Source: a virus
IMG/VR virus record: IMGVR_UViG_3300027759_000071
Span: 18,227-82,226 of that record
DNA: 64,000 nt
Strand: one strand, 5' to 3'
Shown here: positions 50,381 to 60,040 of the stretch, piece by piece
Numbering within the stretch: position 1 is the first letter of the stretch
How the letters are laid out: the number at the start of each line of letters is the position of its first letter
Notes under the pieces: model-generated
What the model saw: only the letters and a program-made list of their open reading frames with translations
Told to the model about the DNA's origin: nothing
The model's database searches: none
Translations under genes and position numbers: made by a program

Positions 50381-50776
50381 ATGGCATTCGAATACAAATG
50401 GTCATTAACAGGACTTAGAAAGCAAAATACATCTGATAAATCAGATGTTATTGTTGGTACACAATGGAAACTTGAAGCTACTGATGAAGAAGGATATGTG
50501 GCTACATTTACTGGAGGAACTCCATTTGAAATATCTGATTTAAACGAAGATGGATTCATCGATTACAAAGATTTATCTGAAGATTTAATATTGGGTTGGG
50601 TTAAAACATATGTAAGTGGTTCGGAATCACCGAATCCTCATTATTGGCAACATATAAATGAGCAATTAAATAAACACATTGATTCACATAAATGGGAAAA
50701 GCAAGAAGTTGGTCCTAAAAATTTCCCTTGGTCTGAAGCATCTGGTAGTAATATACCTGACGCACCTCCTGTATAA
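50381..50776 (+). CDS. Small fibre-associated protein
   Basis: Y.W.L..L...DV....W...D...G.T.F...FI.Y.DL.E..ILGWV pattern, seen in small proteins that follow phage fibres. Confidence 0.5.
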   Translation: MAFEYKWSLTGLRKQNTSDKSDVIVGTQWKLEATDEEGYVATFTGGTPFEISDLNEDGFIDYKDLSEDLILGWVKTYVSGSESPNPHYWQHINEQLNKHIDSHKWEKQEVGPKNFPWSEASGSNIPDAPPV

Positions 50777-50799
50777 TATACCAAAAATATATTATTTTG

Positions 50800-50850
50800 A
50801 ATGTCCAAAGTATAGTTTAATAAAATAAATTATGTTTTGGACATTTTCTT
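50800..50850 (+). terminator. Long hairpin / probable intrinsic terminator
   Basis: aatgtccaaagtata (50800-50814) pairs with tatgttttggacatt (50831-50845); followed by ttcttt. Confidence 0.6.
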
Positions 50851-50851
50851 T

Positions 50852-50860
50852 ATATTTATA
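50852..50860 (+). promoter_or_regulatory. Putative late promoter ATATTTATA for the sheath gene
   Basis: Directly after the hairpin and followed by taggtaa, similar to the site at 7373. Confidence 0.6.
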
Positions 50861-50920
50861 TAGGTAATATTGTACATACTCAATATTAGCATTTTAAAAC
50901 ATAATAATCGGAGAAATAAC

Positions 50921-53197
50921 ATGGCAGAAAGAATTGTATCCCCTGGTGTATTTACTAGAGAAAACGATTTATCATTCCTTTCTCAAGGAATCGGTGAAAT
51001 CGGAGCAGCATTTATAGGACCTCTAAAAGAAGGACCTGCATTTGTACCTACAATCGTAACAACTCAATCAGAATTTGAGGAAAAGTTCGGTAAAGTAGAC
51101 GGAACATATTATACTGAATACGCAGTACAAAATTATTTAAGAGAAGCTGGACAAGCTACTATCGTAAGAGTTGCAGGTATCGGAGGATACTACCAAGCAG
51201 CACCATTAGCAATAGTTGCTGGTGGTAAAATAGCTGGTGTATTATACTCAACTTCAAACGGATTCCAAAACTATGGTTTTACTGGAGGAAGTGCAACCGG
51301 TACATCTGGTTCATTTGTAATTACTGGAGCAACCGGTAGTGCAACGAATGTATCAGCATCAACAGTAACATCAGCTACAAATGATTTATCAGATGTATTT
51401 GGTGAATCTCCACTTGGACCAAAAGAAGCATACACTTATGTTTACTTTGAAAATGCAGCAAATGGTTTACCAACAGCTAGTATATCTAGTATTGTATTAC
51501 CTACACAGGATTATACATTTGATGCACAGCCTGCACAAACTCCAATGGTTACCTCTCAATTGATTAGTGGTGTAAGATATGACCTTTTCAAATTTGTAAC
51601 TTTAGGTGATGGTGCAAATTATAATACTAAATTTAAAGTTGGTATTTCTAATGTAAAGGCAGCTGGTGAAGATGGTGGTACTGATTATTCAACTTTTACT
51701 GTAACTATTAGAAGTTATTCTGATATTGATAAGAGAAAGAGTGTTGTTGAAACATTTAACAATGTAAACTTAGACCCTGCTTCTCCAAACTTTATAGCTA
51801 GAAGAATGGGTGATTCTTATATTACAATTGATTCTGCTGGCAAAATCACACAAAATGGTGATTACGCTAATAAATCAAAATATGTAAGAGTTGAAGTAGC
51901 AATAGCTGGTTCATATCCTATATCAGCAGCACCATTCGGACATGCAGCATATATAAATCCAATTGAAACAGCAGCTGGCGATGTAACTAAAGTACCTGCG
52001 GTTGTATATCAAACAGGTTCAGCAGCTAACACAGCCGGTTCTCCAATCTATTATAGTGGATTTGATTTTGAAGGTGAGGGTGTATCAATTGATAACGCTC
52101 AATATTTAAAACCAATTCCTGATGGAGCATTATCAGGTTCAAACGCTGTTTTCGGATTTGATTCTCAATTATCATACCAAATGACTGGTTCAAAGGCAGT
52201 TGATATGGTTAAGAGACAATTTGTATTAGCATTCCAATATGGATTTGATGGTATCAATCCAATCACACCAATAGCTAAAGCTGGTGATGCAAATTGGAGC
52301 AATGCAAATCAGCAAGGATTCAATTGTTCAACTTCAGCAGCATCTGGTTCAGTAGCATATACAAAAGCAATTAACGCAATTTCTAATCCTGATGAGTGGG
52401 ATATCAATATGGTGGTAACACCTGGTCTAAACTACCAAAGCCATCCAGCAGCTGTTCAAGCAGTTATTGATATGGTTGAAGATAGACAAGATGCATTCTA
52501 CATAGCTGAATTTTCTGATTATGATGCAACAATTGCAGATGTAACTGAAAAAGCGCAAGGAGTAGATTCAAATTATGTTGGTACTTATTATCCTTGGATT
52601 AAAACAATTGATACAAATACAAACAAATTAACAATAGTTCCTCCATCAGTATTATTACCAGCGGTTTACGCAAGTAATGATAGATTGGCGGCAGAGTGGT
52701 TCGCACCGGCTGGTTTGAATAGAGGTGGTATCACTGGAGCAGTTAGTGTATTGAATAGATTAACACATGCAGAGAGAGACACTCTATATGAGAACAAAGT
52801 AAACCCAATCGCAGCATTCCCTGGACAAGGTATTGTAGCATTCGGACAGAAGACATTGCAAGATAAGGCTTCGGCATTAGATAGAATCAATGTAAGAAGA
52901 TTACTTATCACAATGAAGAAGTTCATCGCTTCAACATCTCGTTACTTAGTGTTTGAACAAAATACATCTACAACTAGAACTCGTTTCTTAAACACTGTAA
53001 ACCCTTATTTAGAGGCTATCCAACAAAGACAAGGTTTATACGCATTCAAAGTTGTAATGGATGAAACTAACAACACACCGGATGTAATCGATAGAAATGT
53101 ATTAGCAGGACAAGTGTTCTTACAACCGGCAAAGACAGCTGAATTCATCGTAATTGATTTCAACATCTTACCAACGGGAGCATCTTTCAACGCATAA
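50921..53197 (+). CDS. Tail sheath protein
   Basis: MAERIVSPGVFTREND, YYPWIK, WFAPAGLNRG, GQKTLQ..SALDRINVRRL, FEQN, LQPAKTAEFI. The true start is the ATG at 50921 rather than 50870. Confidence 0.95.
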   Translation: MAERIVSPGVFTRENDLSFLSQGIGEIGAAFIGPLKEGPAFVPTIVTTQSEFEEKFGKVDGTYYTEYAVQNYLREAGQATIVRVAGIGGYYQAAPLAIVAGGKIAGVLYSTSNGFQNYGFTGGSATGTSGSFVITGATGSATNVSASTVTSATNDLSDVFGESPLGPKEAYTYVYFENAANGLPTASISSIVLPTQDYTFDAQPAQTPMVTSQLISGVRYDLFKFVTLGDGANYNTKFKVGISNVKAAGEDGGTDYSTFTVTIRSYSDIDKRKSVVETFNNVNLDPASPNFIARRMGDSYITIDSAGKITQNGDYANKSKYVRVEVAIAGSYPISAAPFGHAAYINPIETAAGDVTKVPAVVYQTGSAANTAGSPIYYSGFDFEGEGVSIDNAQYLKPIPDGALSGSNAVFGFDSQLSYQMTGSKAVDMVKRQFVLAFQYGFDGINPITPIAKAGDANWSNANQQGFNCSTSAASGSVAYTKAINAISNPDEWDINMVVTPGLNYQSHPAAVQAVIDMVEDRQDAFYIAEFSDYDATIADVTEKAQGVDSNYVGTYYPWIKTIDTNTNKLTIVPPSVLLPAVYASNDRLAAEWFAPAGLNRGGITGAVSVLNRLTHAERDTLYENKVNPIAAFPGQGIVAFGQKTLQDKASALDRINVRRLLITMKKFIASTSRYLVFEQNTSTTRTRFLNTVNPYLEAIQQRQGLYAFKVVMDETNNTPDVIDRNVLAGQVFLQPAKTAEFIVIDFNILPTGASFNA

Positions 53198-53217
53198 TTT
53201 GAAAATAAAGGAATTGG

Positions 53218-53226
53218 ATATTTATT
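53218..53226 (+). promoter_or_regulatory. Putative late promoter ATATTTATT
   Basis: In the sheath-tube gap, 23 nt before the ATG at 53250. Confidence 0.5.
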
Positions 53227-53249
53227 AATATAAAATAAACGGAACAAAA

Positions 53250-53738
53250 ATGGCAGAAATATTAGAATTTGATAAGATGTTCTATACGAACTTCGAACCT
53301 AAAATGAAGAACAGATACATCATGGAAATTGATGGTATTCAATCATATTTAGTAAAAGCTGGTAACAGACCTCAAATTAACTTTGAGAAAGTAACCTTAG
53401 ACCATATCAACGTTAAAAGACAGTTGAAAGGTAAAGGTGAGTGGCAAGATTTAGAAATCACTCTTTATGACCCAATCGTTCCATCTGGAGCACAAGCGGT
53501 AATGGAGTGGGTGAGATTATCACATGAATCTATTACTGGTAGAGATGGATACGCTGATTTCTACAAAAAGGATATCGATATCTATATGTTAGGACCGGTT
53601 GGTGATAAAATCGAACAATGGAAACTTAAAGGAGCTTTCATTCTTCAGGCTAACTTTGGTGATTTAGATTTCACTTCAAACGAAGTAGCAACTATCACTT
53701 TAACATTAGCTTATGATTACGCTATCTTAGAATACTAA
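53250..53738 (+). CDS. Tail tube protein (T4 gp19-like)
   Basis: FEPK..NR, W..L.ITLYDPI, W.LKGAF...FG.LD, ITLTLAYDYA; directly after the sheath gene. Confidence 0.9.
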   Translation: MAEILEFDKMFYTNFEPKMKNRYIMEIDGIQSYLVKAGNRPQINFEKVTLDHINVKRQLKGKGEWQDLEITLYDPIVPSGAQAVMEWVRLSHESITGRDGYADFYKKDIDIYMLGPVGDKIEQWKLKGAFILQANFGDLDFTSNEVATITLTLAYDYAILEY

Positions 53739-53760
53739 TCTAAAAATAATAAAAACAATC

Positions 53761-53787
53761 AGGGGATATCAAAATATCCCCTTTTTT
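53761..53787 (+). terminator. Rho-independent terminator
   Basis: aggggatat-caaa-atatcccct followed by a T run. Confidence 0.9.
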
Positions 53788-53814
53788 GTGCTTTCTAATT
53801 TTTTAAAAACTATG

Positions 53815-53822
53815 TATTTATA
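53815..53822 (+). promoter_or_regulatory. Putative late promoter TATTTATA
   Basis: Between the terminator and the ATG at 53849. Confidence 0.55.
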
Positions 53823-53848
53823 TATACAAACTTAAAACAAGTAAAGTT

Positions 53849-54607
53849 ATGACAGACAAAGTATATGATTTTCCAACGGAAGTATTAGACCTTCCATCTC
53901 AAGGTAAAGTATATCCACCAGAACATCCATTATCATCTGGGCAAATTAGAATTAAATTAATGACTGCAAAGGAGGAAGATATTCTTTCTTCATCTAATCT
54001 TATTAAAAAAGGATTAGCAATTGATACATTATTTGAATCTATTATAGTAGATGGTATAAAATCGGATGATATTATTATTGGTGATAAAAACGCTATCCTT
54101 TTAGCAACTAGATTATTAGGATATGGTGCAGAATATAATTTACAATTCTTTTCATCTAAAAAAGGTGAAACAATTAATGTAAATTTTGATTTATCTACAA
54201 TCCAAACTAAAGAAGTTGATTTTTCAATATTCAAAAACAAAAATGAATTTGATTATACAACACCAAGTGGTACTAAATTAACATTTAAGATATTAACACA
54301 TGGTGATGAAAGATTAATTGATAAAGATGTAGAAGCTCTTAAAAAAATAAATAAAGATGTATCATCTGAGATTAGTACTAGATTAAGATATATGATTAAA
54401 TCAGTTGATGGTAAGAATGATTTAGCAACTATTAACAAATTTGTAAACAATATGTTAGCTAAAGATAGTAGAGCATTAAGAGAGCATATTAAGAGTATGT
54501 CACCTGATATGAATATGAAATTTGAATATACTCACGAAGATGGTGAGGTGGAGGAGGCACCTATTGCATTAGGAGTTGGGTTTTTTTGGCCTTCCTACCA
54601 ATCATAG
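53849..54607 (+). CDS. Tail/baseplate assembly chaperone (T4 gp26-like)
   Basis: LPSQG..YP, MTAKEEDIL, GD.NAIL.A.R..GYG.EY, DSRALR, terminal GFFWP; lies between tube and tape measure. Confidence 0.75.
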   Translation: MTDKVYDFPTEVLDLPSQGKVYPPEHPLSSGQIRIKLMTAKEEDILSSSNLIKKGLAIDTLFESIIVDGIKSDDIIIGDKNAILLATRLLGYGAEYNLQFFSSKKGETINVNFDLSTIQTKEVDFSIFKNKNEFDYTTPSGTKLTFKILTHGDERLIDKDVEALKKINKDVSSEISTRLRYMIKSVDGKNDLATINKFVNNMLAKDSRALREHIKSMSPDMNMKFEYTHEDGEVEEAPIALGVGFFWPSYQS

Positions 54608-54794
54608 TATAAACCTTCATTCGCAGATTTTTGATATGGTTAATTATGGTAATGGATTTACTATGATGGAATTGTATCAAATGCCAACCAGACTAAGGTT
54701 ATTTTATTATAATAAACTGGTGGACTCTAAGAAAAAAGAGAATGAGCAAGTAAAATCATCACAAAGACAATCAAAAGTTAGGATAAAGAGATAA
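54576..54794 (+). CDS. Chaperone C-terminal extension (T4 gp51-like), probably expressed by programmed frameshift
   Basis: Overlaps the upstream ORF at GGG-TTTTTTT in the +1 frame; LH.QIF...GF...ELY.MP..LR.FY motif; no ATG ahead of the start of that motif. Confidence 0.65.
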   Translation: MGFFGLPTNHSINLHSQIFDMVNYGNGFTMMELYQMPTRLRLFYYNKLVDSKKKENEQVKSSQRQSKVRIKR

Positions 54795-54820
54795 TTTCTC
54801 CAAATCCTAACTTTTTCTTT
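54773..54820 (+). terminator. Hairpin / possible terminator
   Basis: aaaagttaggat (54773-54784) pairs with atcctaactttt (54804-54815); followed by tcttt. Confidence 0.55.
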
Positions 54821-54826
54821 TATAAG

Positions 54827-54835
54827 ATATTTATT
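54827..54835 (+). promoter_or_regulatory. Putative late promoter ATATTTATT
   Basis: After the hairpin, 25 nt before the ATG at 54861. Confidence 0.5.
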
Positions 54836-54860
54836 ATCGTATAAGTAAACAAATTCAAAT

Positions 54861-55103
54861 ATGAAAAAATACAAATTATCAGAATCTAAAATTAATGAAT
54901 TTTGGGATTTATTTTTTAAAAAGAAAAAAACGCCATATGAAATTCAAAAAATAGTAGATAATGACCCTATATTAAAGAAATTACAAGCCGATTATGATAA
55001 ACTTGATTCAAAGGCATCGGATGGATTAAAAACTATAAAAAGACAAGATCCTGATATTTTTAATACATTAGTTAAAATGGGACTAGCTCCAAAAGATATA
55101 TAA
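54861..55103 (+). CDS. Hypothetical protein (80 aa)
   Basis: Fills the gap before the tape measure gene, has its own promoter-like motif and an A-rich leader. Confidence 0.6.
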   Translation: MKKYKLSESKINEFWDLFFKKKKTPYEIQKIVDNDPILKKLQADYDKLDSKASDGLKTIKRQDPDIFNTLVKMGLAPKDI

Positions 55104-55122
55104 TCCATTTAAAAAATAATTA

Positions 55123-57669
55123 ATGGCAGATTCCAAAAATAGTAGAGAATTAAACGAATTGCTTAAACAGCAAGGAGAACTTCAAACTCGCTTAAATGAG
55201 CAAGTAAAGGCTGCCGCAGTACTTAGTGGTAAGGAAGCTCAAGAAATGGAAAATAAAATAGCTAGTACTAAAATACTTTTGGGATTGACTGAGGAGGAAG
55301 CAAAAAAGAGACAAAAAGCATTAGAACAAAATGAAAAAAGACAAACTAAAATTAATGCATTAAAAGAAAAAGAAAAAACTCATCAAAAAGAATATAATGA
55401 ATTAATAGATGAATTTGCAACATCTATTTCAAAAATGAATCCTCAATTACAAAAAGCTTTACAAATAAATACTAATAGTGCTGGTACTTTTGGAGAAATC
55501 GAAGGTAGAATTTTACAACTTAAAAAAAATGAACTAAACTTATCAGAAGAACAAAAGAAAATAAACGATAGTCAAATAGAAGCATTAAGTGGTTCACGTG
55601 ATATGCTTATAGATGCAAATGATGAGTATATTAAGCAAATAAATAGTATGCTTGGCATACAAGAGGTAGATAAAAAAAGAATTGAATTTTTAGAAAAAAT
55701 AAAAGATTTAGGGGAAGCTGATAGAGAATTGGCATTACGAGCATTTGAACAATCTGAAAAAAAAGAACATCAATTAGAACGTTTAAAAGAAATTCAAGAA
55801 CAAACAAATGAGATAGCTTCAGAATTACCGGAATCATTAACATCAGCCGCAGGAGCAGCAAAAAAATTAATGGGAGCTCTTATAGCAGGTTCTCCTATAT
55901 TATTATTATTTACGGCAATAGGACTTGCAGTTGAAGATTTTTTAGAATTAGATAAAGCAGCGGGTAAATTTAGAGAGGATACTGGATATACAAAAAAGCA
56001 AACATATGAAATAGAACATTCAGCTCATGAAATTGCATTAGAATATGCAAAGATGGGAGTGGATGCAGCTATTGTATATGAAATAACAAATCAACTTAAG
56101 AATGAATTTAGTGATATAGCTCAATTTAGTGAAAGTACTTTAGGTGCACTATCAATAATGACAACCAATTTAGGTATATCAGAAGGTGAAGCAGCTAAAT
56201 TACAAGCCGTATTTGAGCAAGTATCTGGATTATCACAAGAAACAGCAGCTAATGTAGGATTGCAAGTAGCTAGTATGGCAGAGATGGCCGGTGTATCTCC
56301 TAAAGAGGTATTAGAAGATATTTCAAAAAGTGCAGGAATTACATCAAAATATTTTCATGGTGATGTTGGTTTGCTTAAAGAGCAAGTAATAAAAGCCCAT
56401 CAATTAGGACAAGAACTTTCTGATGTTGAAAGGGTTGCTAAGAGTTTATTAAATTTTGAAGAAAACATTGGAGATGAATTAGTAGCAGCAACTTTTGTTG
56501 GAGGGCAATTTAATTTATCGCAAGCAAGAGGTTTAGCAGCTGCCGGTAAAATGGTTCAAGCTCAAGACGAGGTATTAAACCAAATTCAAAGAAGTGGAGA
56601 ATTTTCCAAACAGGATGTATTCACTCAAGAGGCTTTAGCTAAAGCATCTAATATGACTGTTGAAGAGATTAATAAACAATTATCAATTAGAAAACGATTA
56701 GGAAACCTTACTACAGAAGAAAAAGAAAAAGCAACAGCTGCTATAAACGCAGGATTAGATATAACGGAATTAAATGATGAGCAGTTAAAACAAAAAACGG
56801 AAGAATTTGCATTAAATACACAAATACAATCATCTCAACAACAAATGGGTAATGGATTGAAAGCAATTGGTACTCAAATTGGTTCATTGTTATTAAAACC
56901 AATGCAGTTATTAGCAAGTGTATTTGAATTTATAGCACAACATTCATTTGTACTTTACGGACTTATGGGTGCTCTTGGAGTTGGTGCATTTTTCTATGCA
57001 AAATCTGTAAAAGAAGCTGCCGCTTCTAAAGCTCTAGAGGCAACGATGCAAAGTGCAATATTGAAATCCCAATATGAACAATTATTAGTATCACAAGAAC
57101 AAGCAGCTCTTAATGCTGAAAAGGTAGTAGCAGAAGGAATAGTTACAACTGAAAAAGAAGCTGCAGTAATTGCAGATACTGCAGATTTAGGAATGGCAGG
57201 ACCTAAAATAGCAGCAGCTACTACAGAGGCAGGCATAAAAGAACAAAGTGCAATTGCATCTATTTTTGCTGGAAATGCATGGATGGGTCCTTTGGGTTTA
57301 TTGGCAATTGGTGGAATACTTGGATACTTAGCATCATCTATGAGTAAAGCGGGAGATGTAATGTCACCAGCTAATGGTAAAACGGTAGTATCAACTAAAG
57401 AGGGTGGTTTATTTGAATTATCTGCAAATGATGATTTAGTAGCAGCACCCGGAGCAGCAAATGCATTATCTGGTGGTGGAGGAGGTGGAGTACAAATGAA
57501 TTTAGCAGCATTATCAGCACCATTAAACTCAATGATTAATGAAATAAAAGCACTTAGAGCAGATTTAAATGCAGGTAAGATATCTGTTTATATGGATGGT
57601 TCTAAAGTTACATCCGGAATTACTAAACAGGTTGAAAAGACAAGCAGAAATAGTTTTAATTTAGCGTAA
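55123..57669 (+). CDS. Tape measure protein
   Basis: 848 aa, helical and Ala/Glu/Lys-rich with hydrophobic stretches, C-terminal VYMDG.KV; follows tube and chaperone genes. Confidence 0.8.
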   Translation: MADSKNSRELNELLKQQGELQTRLNEQVKAAAVLSGKEAQEMENKIASTKILLGLTEEEAKKRQKALEQNEKRQTKINALKEKEKTHQKEYNELIDEFATSISKMNPQLQKALQINTNSAGTFGEIEGRILQLKKNELNLSEEQKKINDSQIEALSGSRDMLIDANDEYIKQINSMLGIQEVDKKRIEFLEKIKDLGEADRELALRAFEQSEKKEHQLERLKEIQEQTNEIASELPESLTSAAGAAKKLMGALIAGSPILLLFTAIGLAVEDFLELDKAAGKFREDTGYTKKQTYEIEHSAHEIALEYAKMGVDAAIVYEITNQLKNEFSDIAQFSESTLGALSIMTTNLGISEGEAAKLQAVFEQVSGLSQETAANVGLQVASMAEMAGVSPKEVLEDISKSAGITSKYFHGDVGLLKEQVIKAHQLGQELSDVERVAKSLLNFEENIGDELVAATFVGGQFNLSQARGLAAAGKMVQAQDEVLNQIQRSGEFSKQDVFTQEALAKASNMTVEEINKQLSIRKRLGNLTTEEKEKATAAINAGLDITELNDEQLKQKTEEFALNTQIQSSQQQMGNGLKAIGTQIGSLLLKPMQLLASVFEFIAQHSFVLYGLMGALGVGAFFYAKSVKEAAASKALEATMQSAILKSQYEQLLVSQEQAALNAEKVVAEGIVTTEKEAAVIADTADLGMAGPKIAAATTEAGIKEQSAIASIFAGNAWMGPLGLLAIGGILGYLASSMSKAGDVMSPANGKTVVSTKEGGLFELSANDDLVAAPGAANALSGGGGGGVQMNLAALSAPLNSMINEIKALRADLNAGKISVYMDGSKVTSGITKQVEKTSRNSFNLA

Positions 57670-57681
57670 ATATAGAATAGC

Positions 57682-59745
57682 ATGCCATCATTAAAAGAAT
57701 TATTTAAATCTCAAAAGTTAAGCAACGGCCAAACGGCTCAACAAAAGTATGATATTCAAAATAGTAAAGAGAATAAACCTACTTCTGCAAATGCATTAAT
57801 GACGGCAATATCATTTCCATTACAGCAAATAGCAAGACGAAATTTATCTGCAAAAGGTAGAGAAACTAGATTTGAGGAAGAAATAACCGGATTGAGAATA
57901 TTAAAAAATGTAGCATCTCCGATTATATATGGTACTGATATTATTAGATTAAAAACTCGTACTACAACGGATTTGGATAATATGAGAGAAGCAGCGAATG
58001 GTAGTAATGCTGGTGGTATTCTTAGTGCATTTGCAAATAAGATTAAAAGTTCAGTATCTAATTTTTTAGGATTACCTCAAAGTATAATTCCAACTTTAGT
58101 ATTTAATGATACTAAAAATAAGCTTACAAAAAAAGGCAAATTTCATATAGGGTTTAATAGAAAGGATAGTAGTGTTTGGAATACAATGACATCTTTAAGT
58201 GAAATAAAAGATGATGCGGCAGGTTCTTTATTAGGTAAATTTTTACAACAAAATGCGCAAGGTACACCAAATCAAATGGGTGGCCAAATTTTAGGTGGTG
58301 GTATTCAAGCAGCAAAAAGTGCACTTACTAAAAAATTATTTGGAAGTTCTGCAGCTGGTATTGCTGACCCTTTATACAAAAACACACCTACTTTATTTGT
58401 AAAGAATAGAAATAAATATGGACAATTAGAATTCAATTCATTGAAGCAAGATTATTCGTTATTTGAATATAAGCACTACGCAAATAATAATGTGTACGGA
58501 TTTAATTATTCTCAAAAAATATCCCCAAAAAGTGTAGAAGTTGGCGATAGAGATGATTTATCTACAATTCTTACAAACATTGAAAATATATTTCCACAAA
58601 AGTTATTACCTAAAAAAATAACTAAAATACAATACCAAAACGATTACACTAATACACCATATTCCAAAGCTAAAAATGGAGTATTGGGCACAGTAAATGA
58701 ATATGGTGATTACGTAGCAGAAAATTCATTAAATACTAAAAGAGGATTTACATACAATGAATTAATGTATGATGCTAATGGTAACGCAACTGCTATGCCT
58801 GGTAATTATGGAGATGCTTTAAATAGCTTAGTTGCTTTTAGTGAAGAAGACGAATTAAAATTAAATGATTATACTAAAAATTTAGATTTTATACCATTAA
58901 AATTTTATTCTGTTGCAAAGAAATCCGTTGTTATGTTTAGAGCAACAATAAGTGGATTTAGTGAAACTCTTAGACCTACTTGGGAGCCGGGTAAATTTGT
59001 AGGAAACCCATTTAACTATTATACATACAGTGCAATAGAAAGAACGGCAACATTTAAATTTAAAATATATTCATTATCAGCTGGAGAACATATAGCAGCA
59101 TGGCAAAGAATTAAATTCTTAACATCATTAGTATATCCACAAGGATATAATAGTCCTGCCAAATATGTAGTACCACCATTTATAAAATTTACTTTAGGAG
59201 ATTTATATCACAAAAAAGAAGGATTTATAGAATCATTAACATATACTGTGGATGATAATTATTCTTGGGAAACGGGCCTTAATGCAATACCTGGCGCTTC
59301 TGGAAATGGAGCTATTGGACAAAACGAATTAACAAATTATAAATTACCAATGATTATAGATGTCGATGTATCTATAAAATTTGTAGAATCGGCCGCATCT
59401 CATGGTAGTGAAACAAAAGGAAAAGATTCCAAAGGAAACGATATAACTATATTTAATCCAGCAAGTAATTTATATGCATATGGTAAGAAAGCAGATGATG
59501 CAAAAAAGAACATAGACAGTGGAGGTAATCCAAAAACAAATACAGCGGCATCTCAACCAAAAGCTAAAGATGGTGCTAAAAAAGAAAATCCTGTTAAAAA
59601 AGCAAATACAAAAGTAGATTTTTCAAGAGAATCAAATTTAGCAGCTGGAATGAAAGATGGTAGTGGTAAAAAGGAATATATTTTAGATGGTAAGAAAGTT
59701 AGTAAAGAAGAATTGGAAACAGCCGCAGGAATAAAAAAGCAATAG
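57682..59745 (+). CDS. Baseplate / tube-initiator protein (gp48/gp54-like domain in the C-terminal half)
   Basis: FRATISGFSE...P.W...GNP..YY.YS..ER...F.F.I...L.SL.YP...PP.IKFTLGD...GFIESL.Y motif; position after the tape measure. Confidence 0.6.
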   Translation: MPSLKELFKSQKLSNGQTAQQKYDIQNSKENKPTSANALMTAISFPLQQIARRNLSAKGRETRFEEEITGLRILKNVASPIIYGTDIIRLKTRTTTDLDNMREAANGSNAGGILSAFANKIKSSVSNFLGLPQSIIPTLVFNDTKNKLTKKGKFHIGFNRKDSSVWNTMTSLSEIKDDAAGSLLGKFLQQNAQGTPNQMGGQILGGGIQAAKSALTKKLFGSSAAGIADPLYKNTPTLFVKNRNKYGQLEFNSLKQDYSLFEYKHYANNNVYGFNYSQKISPKSVEVGDRDDLSTILTNIENIFPQKLLPKKITKIQYQNDYTNTPYSKAKNGVLGTVNEYGDYVAENSLNTKRGFTYNELMYDANGNATAMPGNYGDALNSLVAFSEEDELKLNDYTKNLDFIPLKFYSVAKKSVVMFRATISGFSETLRPTWEPGKFVGNPFNYYTYSAIERTATFKFKIYSLSAGEHIAAWQRIKFLTSLVYPQGYNSPAKYVVPPFIKFTLGDLYHKKEGFIESLTYTVDDNYSWETGLNAIPGASGNGAIGQNELTNYKLPMIIDVDVSIKFVESAASHGSETKGKDSKGNDITIFNPASNLYAYGKKADDAKKNIDSGGNPKTNTAASQPKAKDGAKKENPVKKANTKVDFSRESNLAAGMKDGSGKKEYILDGKKVSKEELETAAGIKKQ

Positions 59746-59748
59746 AAT

Positions 59749-60039
59749 ATGTCAAGTAGATATCAAAATAATAGAACTAAAAAAACAATTGATGGTAGAG
59801 AGGTATATCAATCAAAAATATATGCTAATATTCCATTGAGAGATGATGATATATATGTAGCAACTGAAACTGGTGATAGATTAGATTCACTTGCTTATCA
59901 ATTCTATGAAGATGCATCTCTTTGGTGGATAATAGCATCTGCAAATAATATACACAATGCTGTATTTGGTTTTGAGGATGGGACAATATTAAGAATACCA
60001 CAAAACTATTTAGAAATCGTAAATAATTTTAATAGATAA
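59749..60039 (+). CDS. LysM-like baseplate wedge / tail X-type protein
   Basis: GDRLDSLAYQFYEDASLWWIIASAN...G.ILRIP. Confidence 0.8.
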   Translation: MSSRYQNNRTKKTIDGREVYQSKIYANIPLRDDDIYVATETGDRLDSLAYQFYEDASLWWIIASANNIHNAVFGFEDGTILRIPQNYLEIVNNFNR

Positions 60040-60040
60040 T

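Noticed and set aside
50870-50920. Upstream TTG start for the sheath given by the ORF track
   Set aside because: The conserved sheath N-terminus (MAERIVSPG) starts at ATG 50921; the extension overlaps the leader hairpin.
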